64,000 nt of DNA from Thermoplasmatota archaeon (lineage in GTDB: Archaea > Thermoplasmatota > E2 > DHVEG-1). Shown piece after piece: positions 19,615 through 29,885 of this stretch. The stretch's first letter is position 1. Every line of letters starts with the position of its first letter. The stretch covers positions 1,726 to 65,725 of the forward strand of contig JALOTN010000007.1 in assembly GCA_025457885.1 (NCBI GenBank). Reading direction: 5' to 3'. Made by a program: the position numbers and the translations under genes. Under the pieces are notes generated by a model, which was not told where the DNA came from, did no database searches, and saw only the letters and a program-made list of their open reading frames with translations.

Positions 19615-20397
19615 TTATGGAGTCAGGATCTTTCGGGCGAACGTGAGATACCCGGTATGGCCCAGCATCTCAAAACTAGGTCGGGTCCCGTGTTTTGAGA
19701 CGATCATCTCCCGTTGGATGTTCTCGTAGGTTTTACATTCTATGAAGGGATGCTGCTGGATGGTTTTTACGGTCTGTTCCACCTGAGAAATCAAGGGTGA
19801 ATAGGTACAGAGATATCCTCCAATTTTTAATGCCGTCCATGTATGTGGTACCGCTGCCCAGGGGTTTGGGATGTCAAGGATGACTGCATCGAGGTTTGTT
19901 TCATCGATGCCCTCGGTGACGTCCTTGATTTTTGTTGTCACATAATTGCTCAGATTTGCTTGTGAAAGGTTCCGCAGTGCATGGTCGATGAATTCTTGTC
20001 GGATGTCATAGGAGATGACCCGACCGGTCGGGGCAACAGCGGATGCAAGCGCGATGGTAAGAGACCCTGAGCCAATTCCTGCCTCAAGGACCTGTTGTCC
20101 AGGTTCGATAGCGCAGTTCATCAGGATATGGGCTGCATCTCGTGGGAGAATGATTTGCGCCTGGCGGTAGATCCCTTGGAGTTTATCCTGAACGGATGGT
20201 TGGAGGATCCAGAACTGTTTGTTGCCGATTTGGAGTTTCTTGCCGTATTCATTTCCGATAAGGCTTTTTGGGTCAATGACACCAACGGCTCTGATTTTGT
20301 CAGTCTTCCCATCTGTGTCGATAATGATTTTTCGGAGGTTTTCGTCGATGAGGACGATGATGTCGTGTTCCTCGACTCGTGTTTTCATGGTTTCCAC
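19615..20397 (-). CDS. trmI: tRNA (adenine-N1)-methyltransferase TrmI/Gcd14 family
   Basis: SAM motif VLEAGIGSGSLTIALA. Has the N-terminal beta-domain and DAVILDIPNPW. An alternative ATG at 20388 gives an ATGA overlap with the upstream stop. Confidence 0.85.
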   Translation of the reverse strand: METMKTRVEEHDIIVLIDENLRKIIIDTDGKTDKIRAVGVIDPKSLIGNEYGKKLQIGNKQFWILQPSVQDKLQGIYRQAQIILPRDAAHILMNCAIEPGQQVLEAGIGSGSLTIALASAVAPTGRVISYDIRQEFIDHALRNLSQANLSNYVTTKIKDVTEGIDETNLDAVILDIPNPWAAVPHTWTALKIGGYLCTYSPLISQVEQTVKTIQQHPFIECKTYENIQREMIVSKHGTRPSFEMLGHTGYLTFARKILTP

Positions 20398-21428
20398 CGT
20401 GAAAAATCAACAAGGGATCCAAAACTCAATGATTCTAGGTGTAACTGGTCGCGCCATTGTTCCTGGCAGCTGCAGGAGAGGCCTTCGAACACCTCGGTGT
20501 CTTGTGTTAAGGAGAACTGCTGGATCGCGTGTAACACTTTTTTATCACAGACTCCGCAGTTATGGGCTCCTCTGATGCTGCCTCCGGCGACGACATCACA
20601 TTTCACGAACGCATCTGTAAGTTTGGTGCTCTGTCGGAGGAACTCGATGATGCTCCAGAGCCAGGGTGGTCGGTATTGGTCTCGGTTCCAGAGGTATTCG
20701 ACGATGGTGTGTCGTTGGATGTTGGTGGGATTTAATGAGAGAAGATCGGTAGAGTCCGCGGTGTCTTTGGCGGTCGAAAGACAATCTGTGAGTGATTCTT
20801 GTTCGGTGAGGAACGGGGGTTTGAGCAGCACATAGGTCTTCACCCCGATCTTCTGATGTTGCAAGAGTTTTGTTGCACGAAGATAGTCTTGGAAGGTGAA
20901 TCCCTTGTTGATGGCTTTCTCACGGACCAGATCGTTGGAAGTCTCAAGTCCGATGCCCACCTCGAGTTTTTGCAGTGGTATTTTTTCTTCTATTTCTTGG
21001 AGATGTTTCTCTGTGACGTACTCTGGTCGTGATTCGACAGAAATCTTCTCAGCAGTGTTGTTCAAGGTCGTAAGGATATGGTGTTGTACTCTGGTTGGTA
21101 TTTCAGTAGGGTCAAGGAAACTACCAGAGGTGAAGATTTTTACAAATGGTTGATTCTTATAGCCTTTGATGGATGTGTCAAACTGAGCGAGAAGGTCTTC
21201 CTCAGAAATCGATGCAAACATACTGTCGTTGAAATACCCGCACATCGTACAACCCGAGGAGAGTGCCCAAGAGCATCCTTTCGTCCGAAGGATAATAACG
21301 TACGCATCAACAATAGCATCATTGAGAACATCTTTTTCTTGCCAGCAACGCACGGGTTGTCGAGGGTTCTGTGGTCGTGGAACGAACTTTTTTTTGAATG
21401 ACTGGCAAAAGCTGGTTATCTCGTTCAT
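20385..21428 (-). CDS. TIGR01210-family radical SAM protein (archaeosine RaSEA-like)
   Basis: Has LRTKGCSWALSSGCTMCGY (non-canonical Cys cluster) and an Elp3-like core. Adjacent to and overlapping trmI. Confidence 0.65.
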   Translation of the reverse strand: MNEITSFCQSFKKKFVPRPQNPRQPVRCWQEKDVLNDAIVDAYVIILRTKGCSWALSSGCTMCGYFNDSMFASISEEDLLAQFDTSIKGYKNQPFVKIFTSGSFLDPTEIPTRVQHHILTTLNNTAEKISVESRPEYVTEKHLQEIEEKIPLQKLEVGIGLETSNDLVREKAINKGFTFQDYLRATKLLQHQKIGVKTYVLLKPPFLTEQESLTDCLSTAKDTADSTDLLSLNPTNIQRHTIVEYLWNRDQYRPPWLWSIIEFLRQSTKLTDAFVKCDVVAGGSIRGAHNCGVCDKKVLHAIQQFSLTQDTEVFEGLSCSCQEQWRDQLHLESLSFGSLVDFSRWKP

Positions 21429-22624
21429 GTGGTCTTCTTATTCTTTCTGCGTCTGAACAGGAACACAACCGCGACAATCGCTACAAGGAAGACACTGATT
21501 TCAAAACCAGGGGTCGCACCAATACTGGTTGGATACGGGGTGATGTAGTTGAGGGTGTTGGGGGGCTGTGGTTGTCGTAGGGCGGCAAGCGTCGCATTCC
21601 ATTCCACGAGGGTATCTTCTGTTCCGATGTTCGGGTCGTTCGCGGTAGTGAAAAGATGCGTTTCGCTGTCTCGTACAGTATTGGAGAATTTATCAGGGAC
21701 GTTTATGAAATAATGCCGCGCCTCAGCAAACACGGTGACATCAATGGTGGAGTTGGCTGCCCATCCTTTGAATTCCGCTGATGTTTCATATTTCCCTTTA
21801 ATGGTTGGCTCGTCTCTATTGACGTTGATGTCTGAGCCATCATTGATTCTATAAAAAACTCGGAAATTATTCGTGCTTATCTGTTCATCCGCTTTGATGA
21901 TGATCGAATCGGTGCTTATGATGTCGGTTGTTCGTGCAGACACCTCAAGGACATCGGTGCTGTAGGAGAACGATCCGCTGACGGTGGTCTTCCGGTTATT
22001 CGTATCAGAGACAACCGCGGTATAGTTGAAGGTGCCAAGGAGGTTCTGTGGATTCTGATAGGTGTAGCGCAGGATGCTTTTTTCAAAGCTGAACTCAGGG
22101 GTGAGAACGGTTCCGTTCGGATCGGTGATCGTAAATGTGATTCCTGCTTTGGTGACGCCAATGTTATCGGTGATGTACGCAGCGAACAGGATAGTTCCTC
22201 CTGGTTCTTGCATCCCGGGGAGGAGCACCAGGTCCACATGGGGTGCTTCCCCGTCGTAGAACGGAGGGTTAACGAGGACGATAAGGACAAGCAACCAGGT
22301 GAAGAAGTAGGTGACAAATGAGGTCAGCCAGCCTTTTCTCCCAAAATCAGTAAGATCGATGTCCAGCTTCAGGAAGATGTAGCGGATCCAGATGGAGTTG
22401 ACCACTGCGACGAGCAAGACAAGCTCCCAACGTAGAAAGCTGCCTTCGAGGAGCACCCAGAAACCGAAACAAACCGCTGCCACAAGCAATCCGAAGAGGA
22501 ACGCGATGAACATGGTTTTGATGTTACGCCGTTCTTTTTTGATGAATGCTTCTTCATCGAACTTTGGTATCTGGAAATCAAGGGGCTCTTCTGCCTCAGC
22601 TCCTTCCTTTCGTCGCTTCGCCAT
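21425..22624 (-). CDS. Membrane/surface protein with C-terminal PGF-CTERM archaeosortase sorting signal
   Basis: C-terminus is ATPGFEISVFLVAIVAVVFLFRRRKNKKTT (PGF + TM helix + basic tail). Three N-terminal TM helices precede Thr/Ser-rich beta-rich repeats. Confidence 0.7.
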   Translation of the reverse strand: MAKRRKEGAEAEEPLDFQIPKFDEEAFIKKERRNIKTMFIAFLFGLLVAAVCFGFWVLLEGSFLRWELVLLVAVVNSIWIRYIFLKLDIDLTDFGRKGWLTSFVTYFFTWLLVLIVLVNPPFYDGEAPHVDLVLLPGMQEPGGTILFAAYITDNIGVTKAGITFTITDPNGTVLTPEFSFEKSILRYTYQNPQNLLGTFNYTAVVSDTNNRKTTVSGSFSYSTDVLEVSARTTDIISTDSIIIKADEQISTNNFRVFYRINDGSDINVNRDEPTIKGKYETSAEFKGWAANSTIDVTVFAEARHYFINVPDKFSNTVRDSETHLFTTANDPNIGTEDTLVEWNATLAALRQPQPPNTLNYITPYPTSIGATPGFEISVFLVAIVAVVFLFRRRKNKKTT

Positions 22625-22687
22625 AGAGGGCAGGGAAGAGATGCTTCTTTAAAAGGTTTATTCTCCAGAGAAGACTCCGGTGATGTC

Positions 22688-24688
22688 TTATTGGAGAAAT
22701 CGTAGCCCGGGGTACTCTGGTCCGTAGCGATGGACCTTGAACACATGATGATCGAAGGGATCCGGGATCTGGTTTTCGTACTCCCAGACGATCTCTTTTT
22801 CGTTGGTGACCTCAAAGAACCTTCCTTGTGGTCCGTCACAGATGAGGCTGTTGCCGTTTGGTAATCGTTGTGCACTCCCCAGGTTGATAGCGAAAAAATC
22901 CAGAGGGTTCTCTGCAATATAACTCCAGGTGGATTGGGTTGGCCCATACGTCGAGCCTGGGGAAAGATAATAAGTGCCATTTGCCTCTATCGGTGTGGTG
23001 ATCTCCTCGATAGAAGAATACTCTCCACCAGGGCGGTCCAGGCCGTTGTTGAAGATCAGGATGTTCCCTGCTCCGGGGAGACCAGGTTTGATCCATTCCG
23101 CGTCATGCTGGTTAAACAGCATCCGGTCCGAATCATCCCCTCGTTTGTAGGTGAGGGGGTTGCCCCAGCGGTAGAGAAGATCCCCGCCTTTTCCGTACCG
23201 TCCCCCGGTATGACCCGCAGCTTCCTCTGTGGTAGTGCTATGATCAATGACCCATAGTTCATCAAACAACAACACACTGAGGAGGATTTGATCATATTGC
23301 TCGTTGTAATCCACGGAGTTGATATGGGTCCAGTCCGCCAGCAGCCGCCCTCCGTAGTTGATGTCCACCCGTTCAGGGTGATCCTGAACGACCCCGTAGT
23401 TTTCTTTTGTCGGATCAAAATCCTGTATGAGATGATCCCACACATGCCATTCCCACACGATATCCCCTGTTGTTGGTCCGGTGGGTTTGACCTCAATGAG
23501 ATGATCTGGCCACAGCTCCCCCTGAGGGAGAGAAGCAGGATTCCTGCCTTCTGAAATCGCTTCTTCAGCGGATTTATACTCCCAGGCGATCATCAGAATG
23601 TTCCCATTTGGGAGCATCTGGATATCATGATGCAGACAATACTGCACCGTTGAATACTCAAAGGACCACAGGTGCGTCCCATTCCAATCGAATCGTTCCA
23701 CGCGACCACCGATGCCTCCTCCCCAGAACTGTGGGCTGAAGCCGGGGAACGCGGTGCGGAGCAGATCACCATTCTCCAGTAGGTAAACGGAGAGAGCCGG
23801 TTTGAAGGAACTCTCCCAGCTATGGACGATCCCTCCACTGTTGTTGATCAAAAACGTTTTTAGGGACACCATCGGAGAAAACAAGGTGTACCCCTTGTAG
23901 GCTTCATCCGTGCTCCATGATTCCCCGAGTTTCTTCACCCAGGGTCCTAGGAGACGGATTTCAAGTTGTTTCGCTCGTGTCTTTGCAAAGGACGCCTGAG
24001 CGGTAAGCAGCACCTTTGGAAGATTAGAAAAGAAGCCAAGACCAAGTCCCCATACTCGGATTTTCTGTTCGACTGACTCACCAGCAGGGATGAGTGCTAT
24101 CTGGGTTTGTTCTGGATTGACTGTAATTAAGAAACCCTCTGTTGCTTGAACAAAGACCATGATGTTCTGTGCGTCCTTCTCCCCGATGTTTTTCACCTCA
24201 ATGGTCAACCCCCTGCCATCACTGATGTTTCCGAACGTGAGATAGGAACCAGCGATTGTAACCATGACCGGTTCTGTCCAGTTGCTCACCGCGTCATAAA
24301 TATCTTTGGCTTGCACCTTCACACTATAAACACCTCGTTGCTGCCATTGATGGGACAGAGTGATTGGCACACCAGAGTCAAATGGACCCACCCAGCTTCC
24401 TTCTGATGCGTCTCCCCAGTCAATGAAATAATACACCAAGTCGCCGTCTGGGTCACTGGTCTGTGTCGAAAACAGGTAGGTTTCACCTGCGTCACCCACC
24501 AAGGGTCCTTGTGGTTGCTGTGGCGTCTCAGGAGCATGATTCTCTTTTGGTTCCACTTGACGAAACATAGGTGGTGTCAGTGCTGCTTGGGACGGTTCAT
24601 AGACATCTAAGAAGGAACTCGAAAGAGGTGCACCGAAAAAAAGAAAAGAGATGAAGAACACTATGAGGAGTTTGAATCGTTGCCGCAT
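22688..24688 (-). CDS. Secreted PKD + beta-sandwich + arylsulfotransferase (ASST)-like beta-propeller protein
   Basis: Has a signal peptide and a PKD motif (DPDGDLVYYFIDWGDAS). Propeller blocks HHDIQMLPNGNIL and WEWHVWDHLIQDFDP are present. Paralog of 32049-33863. Confidence 0.6.
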   Translation of the reverse strand: MRQRFKLLIVFFISFLFFGAPLSSSFLDVYEPSQAALTPPMFRQVEPKENHAPETPQQPQGPLVGDAGETYLFSTQTSDPDGDLVYYFIDWGDASEGSWVGPFDSGVPITLSHQWQQRGVYSVKVQAKDIYDAVSNWTEPVMVTIAGSYLTFGNISDGRGLTIEVKNIGEKDAQNIMVFVQATEGFLITVNPEQTQIALIPAGESVEQKIRVWGLGLGFFSNLPKVLLTAQASFAKTRAKQLEIRLLGPWVKKLGESWSTDEAYKGYTLFSPMVSLKTFLINNSGGIVHSWESSFKPALSVYLLENGDLLRTAFPGFSPQFWGGGIGGRVERFDWNGTHLWSFEYSTVQYCLHHDIQMLPNGNILMIAWEYKSAEEAISEGRNPASLPQGELWPDHLIEVKPTGPTTGDIVWEWHVWDHLIQDFDPTKENYGVVQDHPERVDINYGGRLLADWTHINSVDYNEQYDQILLSVLLFDELWVIDHSTTTEEAAGHTGGRYGKGGDLLYRWGNPLTYKRGDDSDRMLFNQHDAEWIKPGLPGAGNILIFNNGLDRPGGEYSSIEEITTPIEANGTYYLSPGSTYGPTQSTWSYIAENPLDFFAINLGSAQRLPNGNSLICDGPQGRFFEVTNEKEIVWEYENQIPDPFDHHVFKVHRYGPEYPGLRFLQ

Positions 24689-24748
24689 GAGTCTTAGTTC
24701 CTTCTCTGCTATTATTTTAATGTCGCTACTTGGTCTCTCTGATCTTTT

Positions 24749-26464
24749 CTAAGGAGTGAGGAGACAGACGGATCCCAGGACAACCCCCTGGCGTGTCTTT
24801 TTGATGATATTCATATTTGGCATAGTCGCAGTGACCATAACTTCAATAGCACCAACCCCGATGATAGGTAGGAGCAATGCGATTTTGCTTTTTCCTGCAC
24901 GCACCTCAGGGATTAACGCGGTCCGTGTCCGATTGATCATCCCAAGCAGCCCTCCTTTCACAGTGATTGTCCACGTGATATCGGAAAGATCTGTGTCCCC
25001 TGTGTTCTGAATAAGGGCTTTCACCCCAAGGACTCCACCCATGACACTTTGTATTTTTAGGACATCCTCAAGCATGTACACCTGACCACTGTTATCCACC
25101 AGGTAAACACGGTTCTCCCCAATCGAAGGAGCACCCAGGATATAGGAATCCACGGTAAGGTTCCAGGCTTCTGAGCCGTTTTCTTTCTCAAAACAATACA
25201 GCTGCATGGAATAATCATAGTATCCACCAGGGATCAGGAGGATTTTATCCGCGGAACAGACAGGGGATGCCCCGAAACTCATATAGGGAGCATAGGGGAA
25301 CATCACAGTCCATAAAAGAGTCCCGGTGGCTGGGTTAAAGCAATAGAGCCGATTCGAGTAGGCGTTCAGATCAAACGCGGAGACATACACACCCTCCTCA
25401 CATATCGCAGGAGTCCCAATCGCGATGGAGGCTCCCAGGTTGTAATTCCATTCGATCGCTCCTGTATCGCCATTGAAGCATTTGAGACTCCCGCCATAGG
25501 TGTATAAGTCAAATTCAAGGACATACACGTTTCCGTTGAAGCAGGCGGGGCTCGTGGTGGAGTAATACATGAGAAAACCCACGCTGGAGATCTGTTTAGA
25601 CCAACGGATCGCTCCGGTGTCGGTATTCAAACAATATAGTTTCCCCTCGTAATAGGAGTAAAGGTCCATGGTGATGCAGAACACGTTCTCCCCTGAGACT
25701 GCAGGAGCGGAGAACCAAGCCCACTCATACATTCCAAACGGTCGGCTCCAGAGTTGGATTCCTGAGAGGTCAAAGCATTTAATGGAACTGGCATAGGAAT
25801 ACAGGTCCAAACAGTTTACAAAGATTTTTCCATCGGAGACAATAGTTGGAGACAACACCAGACCGGTGATGGGTACCTGCCATTGATGCTCTCCAGTTGT
25901 CGCATCAAAACAATACAGGATGGTGTTGTAGGTATCAAAGTTAATAGCTGTGATGTATACTTTATCGTCTACAACTGCAGGGTTGCTAGGATATTCCAAT
26001 GATTTATTCCAGAGGGATTCACCGGTGTCCGCGTTCAGACAGAACAATCCCTGCATCAGGTTGCTGGGGTGTTCTAAAAGCGTATTGATGATCTCTGATG
26101 CTGGTGGTGGTGAGGGATTGAACAGGTCAGAAAGTTTCGGTAATCCTTTGTAATACCACCCTGAGCTCACATACAGCTTATCATCATACAGTATTGGTGT
26201 TGATTCTCCGATTTCTCCCCCGACGTATTTCTGCCATGCGATATGATTTGTGTTCGTCGCATAGTTCTCGGTGCATCCGCTGTTGCCTGCGTCGTTGCGG
26301 AACATCGGCCAGAGAGCATCAGCTCGTAGGATGCCTGATGTGTCAACAGATTGTTCTGGGATCTGGCTTAGAACACCAGCCTTGGTTGGTAGCAATCCGG
26401 TTACTGGGATGACAGTAGCGCTCAGAACTACCAGGGTTACAACTAAAACAATTTTTTTGTTCAT
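24749..26464 (-). CDS. Secreted PQQ-like (WD/beta-propeller repeat) protein with C-terminal beta-sandwich module
   Basis: Has a signal peptide. Repeated units are of the type GKIYV...LYCFDA.TG...W. Confidence 0.6.
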   Translation of the reverse strand: MNKKIVLVVTLVVLSATVIPVTGLLPTKAGVLSQIPEQSVDTSGILRADALWPMFRNDAGNSGCTENYATNTNHIAWQKYVGGEIGESTPILYDDKLYVSSGWYYKGLPKLSDLFNPSPPPASEIINTLLEHPSNLMQGLFCLNADTGESLWNKSLEYPSNPAVVDDKVYITAINFDTYNTILYCFDATTGEHQWQVPITGLVLSPTIVSDGKIFVNCLDLYSYASSIKCFDLSGIQLWSRPFGMYEWAWFSAPAVSGENVFCITMDLYSYYEGKLYCLNTDTGAIRWSKQISSVGFLMYYSTTSPACFNGNVYVLEFDLYTYGGSLKCFNGDTGAIEWNYNLGASIAIGTPAICEEGVYVSAFDLNAYSNRLYCFNPATGTLLWTVMFPYAPYMSFGASPVCSADKILLIPGGYYDYSMQLYCFEKENGSEAWNLTVDSYILGAPSIGENRVYLVDNSGQVYMLEDVLKIQSVMGGVLGVKALIQNTGDTDLSDITWTITVKGGLLGMINRTRTALIPEVRAGKSKIALLLPIIGVGAIEVMVTATMPNMNIIKKTRQGVVLGSVCLLTP

Positions 26465-26585
26465 TTTTCCTTTCGCCCCCGAAATAGATATGTATTGATA
26501 TCATGTGGTTTTATATAAAGATTGTGTAAATAATAATAGACTATACGAGAAAAATACATCAAAAGAGAGCCTTGACGACTCTTTT

Positions 26586-28091
26586 TTAAAGGAACTGGAT
26601 ACCCTCGGGTAACCGATCCAGGTATTTCCTGAATCCCTCAGGCCACTTCTCAGGATTGAGTCCCTTCTGAGCAAGAAACGCAGTCGTCCATCGTTGCAAA
26701 CCTATCCCTGAGCACCCACTCCATAACTCGCTTCTCTGGGATTTTATGTTAAAAGCGCTGATGTACTTGTCCCCAAGGATGCTGAGGTTCTGGAACTCCA
26801 ACCATTCCGAATCCTGCCGTGAGCCACGGTACGGCATATAGGCCTCAAAATCAATCGTCCCCGTATCCTGGGTGCTCTCATCACCGATCTTCCCCGCCTG
26901 TTGCATGTACCAGGGGGTGACCCAGGCCATCCGCCATTCCAAGTCAAAGATATCGTTGAACACGTGTCTGTACCGCTCCAAGAGTTTCTCCCGTAATGAG
27001 AGTAACTGCTCCCGGGTGCCGATATAGACTGGTTCGATGCGATGGAACTCATCAACCCGCTCAATCCCATGCCGTCCCCCGGATTCATAGCGTGCAGAGA
27101 TCGCAGTCTTATCATACACCAGCACCGGCAATGATGTCTCCGCGATCGTCTTCCCCTTGAACGACCAGTAGATCATCGGACATTGTGCATAGCAGATCCC
27201 TGCGGTCGGAGGCGAGAGGTTCTTCTGCAGCTCCTCAACGGGGACTTCTTTGGTTATTTTCGTCAGATCAATGAACCGCTCCCAATCCTTGGCATCCCTT
27301 GTCTTTGGCTCTGCGACATAGTAGAACTCATATGGCATCCCCTCCATATGACCGGTCTTTAGCCAGATGTCAAATGGTTTGATGTGGGATTCGATGACCT
27401 CCTGGAACCCTAAGGGTCGAAGGACCTCCTGAATTGCGATATGCTCCATGGTCTTCAGGATCGTGGCTGCCTGTGGTCGATAAAACCATTTCCCCTTTGT
27501 CGGACCTTGCTTCAGCCAACCAAGGTTTTCCATCTCCGGGGTGGGATCCTTCATACATGCCGGTGGTTTCTCATCTGATTTCCAGATCAATTTCCAGAAC
27601 TCTGCCTTCCCCTCGTAATACTGGTTCTCCACTTTCTCTTTAACCCGATTCATCATCCGGTCGATGTAGTTCCCTCGGAGGAACTCCTCGGACACATCAG
27701 AGAGCACCATGGTCGCTTGTTTCCCCTGTACTGTGACTGTCGCGAACGGGATGCTGACCTCTTTGAGAGGCTCCCGGGGGAGATCAAAAGAGATAGTATA
27801 ATCCTCAACAGTGATGTTGCGCACCCCGATATGATGGGTCTTCCCCAGTTCTTTGCTCAGCGCGTTTTTTATCTGCAGCAGCGCGTTATGCGGACGCAGC
27901 GTCCCTTCTGAGGTGATGAACAATGATAAAAGTGTTTTTTCTATCGAAAATTTTTCTATGACCGCAAGCTTCTCCGGTCCTTTCCTTAGAATCGACTCGT
28001 TTGTCTGGTTGATGAATGTTTCGAATTCCTTTGAGAGTCCCGAGACATCGCTACTCAGGGTGAATCGTGCGTGTAACTCGAATCGCATCAT
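26586..28091 (-). CDS. serS: Seryl-tRNA synthetase, methanogen-type (type 2)
   Basis: Colinear with the remembered Methanosarcina barkeri type-2 SerRS: YESGGRHGIERVDEFHRIE, WLEFQN and WSGCSGIGLQRWTTAFLAQKGLNPEKWPEGFRKYL...GIQFL. Confidence 0.9.
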   Translation of the reverse strand: MMRFELHARFTLSSDVSGLSKEFETFINQTNESILRKGPEKLAVIEKFSIEKTLLSLFITSEGTLRPHNALLQIKNALSKELGKTHHIGVRNITVEDYTISFDLPREPLKEVSIPFATVTVQGKQATMVLSDVSEEFLRGNYIDRMMNRVKEKVENQYYEGKAEFWKLIWKSDEKPPACMKDPTPEMENLGWLKQGPTKGKWFYRPQAATILKTMEHIAIQEVLRPLGFQEVIESHIKPFDIWLKTGHMEGMPYEFYYVAEPKTRDAKDWERFIDLTKITKEVPVEELQKNLSPPTAGICYAQCPMIYWSFKGKTIAETSLPVLVYDKTAISARYESGGRHGIERVDEFHRIEPVYIGTREQLLSLREKLLERYRHVFNDIFDLEWRMAWVTPWYMQQAGKIGDESTQDTGTIDFEAYMPYRGSRQDSEWLEFQNLSILGDKYISAFNIKSQRSELWSGCSGIGLQRWTTAFLAQKGLNPEKWPEGFRKYLDRLPEGIQFL

Positions 28092-28160
28092 CGGCAGGTT
28101 ATCCTTCCATGCCTACTTAATGCTTATGAGCAGGGGGAAAAAAAGGAAAAAAAATTTTAT

Positions 28161-29771
28161 TTACCAGCCGAGCAGGTGTCGCAGTAAAGGGAACGCATGA
28201 GGGAATCGCTGCAGCAGGTGTTCCAGGAACCAGAGCATCGGGAGATCATAACGATAGGGCATGGTGACATCCAGGGTGGCCCAGGTGCTTTTTGCTCCAT
28301 AGTGGTCCGCTGCTTTCACACGGACCGTGTAGTTGCCTTTCTCCGTCCAGTTCTTCTCCAAGGTGACCTTCTCACCTGATTCATATGGTCCGATCCATCC
28401 GACCGCTCCACCATCCCAGTAGGTGTCCCCCCAGTTCAGATAATAATACACATCATCGCCATCGGGGTCGTTAGCCCAGAACGTATAATGGTAGATTGTC
28501 TCGTTCTCCCCGTTCCTCCGCCCCAGCAACCAGGGTGTCTTTGGTGCATGGTTCTGCTCGTCGATAAACACCCAGGTGGTGTCCGTGTCGGTGTTACTTG
28601 CGTTATCGGTGACGGTGAGGACGACCTGGTAGACGCCTGAGGATCCATACGTATGGGTCGCAGTCATCCCTGTCGCAGTGGTTCCATCGCCAAAGTCCCA
28701 TGAGTAACTAATTATGCTTCCTTCATGATCAAAGCTGCTACTCCCATCGAACATCGTCTGGTCTGTGGTGTTGATGCAGGCGACCGGCATCCAGTTGCTG
28801 AAATTCTCAGCAACATACTCGACCCAGTTGATGTCTGTCTTATCGATGTTGAGGCTGCCGTACTCTAGGTTAAAGAACCCCTCGTATCCCCATTCTTCGC
28901 TTAGGCTGTTCTTCACGATCCAGTAGCCACCATTTGTGATGGATGAATCATCCTTCCATCCGATGAGGACCACCTGATGGTTCGTCCCCTGCATCGGCCC
29001 TGGGTACGCATAATACTCTGTTGAACCATGATGGGTGTAACCCCATTCCTCAAGATTCTCAGGACCATGAGCATAGTAGGTGAATAACATGGTGGCCACC
29101 ACGGGGCCTTCCTCCATGATCTGGGTTTTGATTACGTCCCGATCTTCGACACTTCCATCCGGGACCCATCGTCCATAGGCGGAGATAGGCATCAGGAAAT
29201 CAGTCCAGTCAGGGCTGACGTTCGAACAGGGGACATCATCGTTGACCTCGTAGGGGAAGCAGAACTCCGGGATGATCCCATTGCAGTAGTTCCCCTGGGA
29301 TGTGTTCGATTTGATGTACTTGTATGCATTATACGCCCATCCACCATTGCAGCTGCCCGCAGCATGCAGACACGACAGGACGTACTGTTCTGAAAGATCA
29401 AGGTTCAGATTTGGGCATCCCTCCCGGATCTGAATGATGCTTTCTAAAGCCCCTATCGCAGCAAAATCCCAACAGCTCCCGCAGTCCCCCTGGTCTTTTG
29501 CAGTCGTCGTCCAATCCACACCATCCACCTCCCTCCAGTTGAAATAAGGTGGTAGCGTTGAAGCAGCTCTTGGTGTTGGTGACAGAGGCGCGGTGTCATC
29601 GATAGGTACTCCAATAAGCATAGTTTGGTCTGATTCACATCCACAGTCCTCCTTTATCATCTGTGTGTCACCCACACGGGCTTGATAGTCATCATAGGTA
29701 GATGATATCACAGGAGCTGTCGTTCCCATCAGCAGAAAAACAAGTAGTATTCCAACAAGTTTCTTGTTCAT
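28161..29771 (-). CDS. Secreted papain-family (C1A) cysteine protease fused to PKD domains and a helical C-terminal tail
   Basis: Has a signal peptide, the active-site motif QGDCGSCWDFAAIGALES, NHQVVLIGW (His), two PKD-like units (FDGSSSFDHEG...WDFGDG; DPDGDDVYYYLNWGD) and the tail LLQRFPHAFPLLRHLLGW. Confidence 0.85.
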   Translation of the reverse strand: MNKKLVGILLVFLLMGTTAPVISSTYDDYQARVGDTQMIKEDCGCESDQTMLIGVPIDDTAPLSPTPRAASTLPPYFNWREVDGVDWTTTAKDQGDCGSCWDFAAIGALESIIQIREGCPNLNLDLSEQYVLSCLHAAGSCNGGWAYNAYKYIKSNTSQGNYCNGIIPEFCFPYEVNDDVPCSNVSPDWTDFLMPISAYGRWVPDGSVEDRDVIKTQIMEEGPVVATMLFTYYAHGPENLEEWGYTHHGSTEYYAYPGPMQGTNHQVVLIGWKDDSSITNGGYWIVKNSLSEEWGYEGFFNLEYGSLNIDKTDINWVEYVAENFSNWMPVACINTTDQTMFDGSSSFDHEGSIISYSWDFGDGTTATGMTATHTYGSSGVYQVVLTVTDNASNTDTDTTWVFIDEQNHAPKTPWLLGRRNGENETIYHYTFWANDPDGDDVYYYLNWGDTYWDGGAVGWIGPYESGEKVTLEKNWTEKGNYTVRVKAADHYGAKSTWATLDVTMPYRYDLPMLWFLEHLLQRFPHAFPLLRHLLGW

Positions 29772-29885
29772 TCTTCCTTCCTCGAAAAATCTTTTCCCTG
29801 ATAATTTACAACCACAGAGCCGTATTTAAATATTCTCATCAATATTTATTTTCCAGACAAAAAAATATATCGATGCTACTTTGAT

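Noticed and set aside
18700-23496. Numerous 60-200 aa ORFs overlapping serC, trmI, the TIGR01210 rSAM, the PGF-CTERM gene and the ASST-like gene (e.g. 18917-19414, 20095-20835, 22369-22980, 23056-23496). Similar ones overlap paaK (50653-51384) and the ASST paralog (32457-32797).
   Set aside because: All lie in alternative frames or antisense to ORFs with strong family motifs. They are Arg/Ser/Pro-rich, as expected for off-frame translation of the GC-richer genes.
24749-26464. Calling the two PQQ-like beta-propeller proteins (also 54700-56301) PQQ-dependent dehydrogenases
   Set aside because: Only the repeat fold pattern is recognisable. No cofactor-binding or catalytic residues can be verified by eye. 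Such repeat proteins are commonly non-enzymatic surface proteins.
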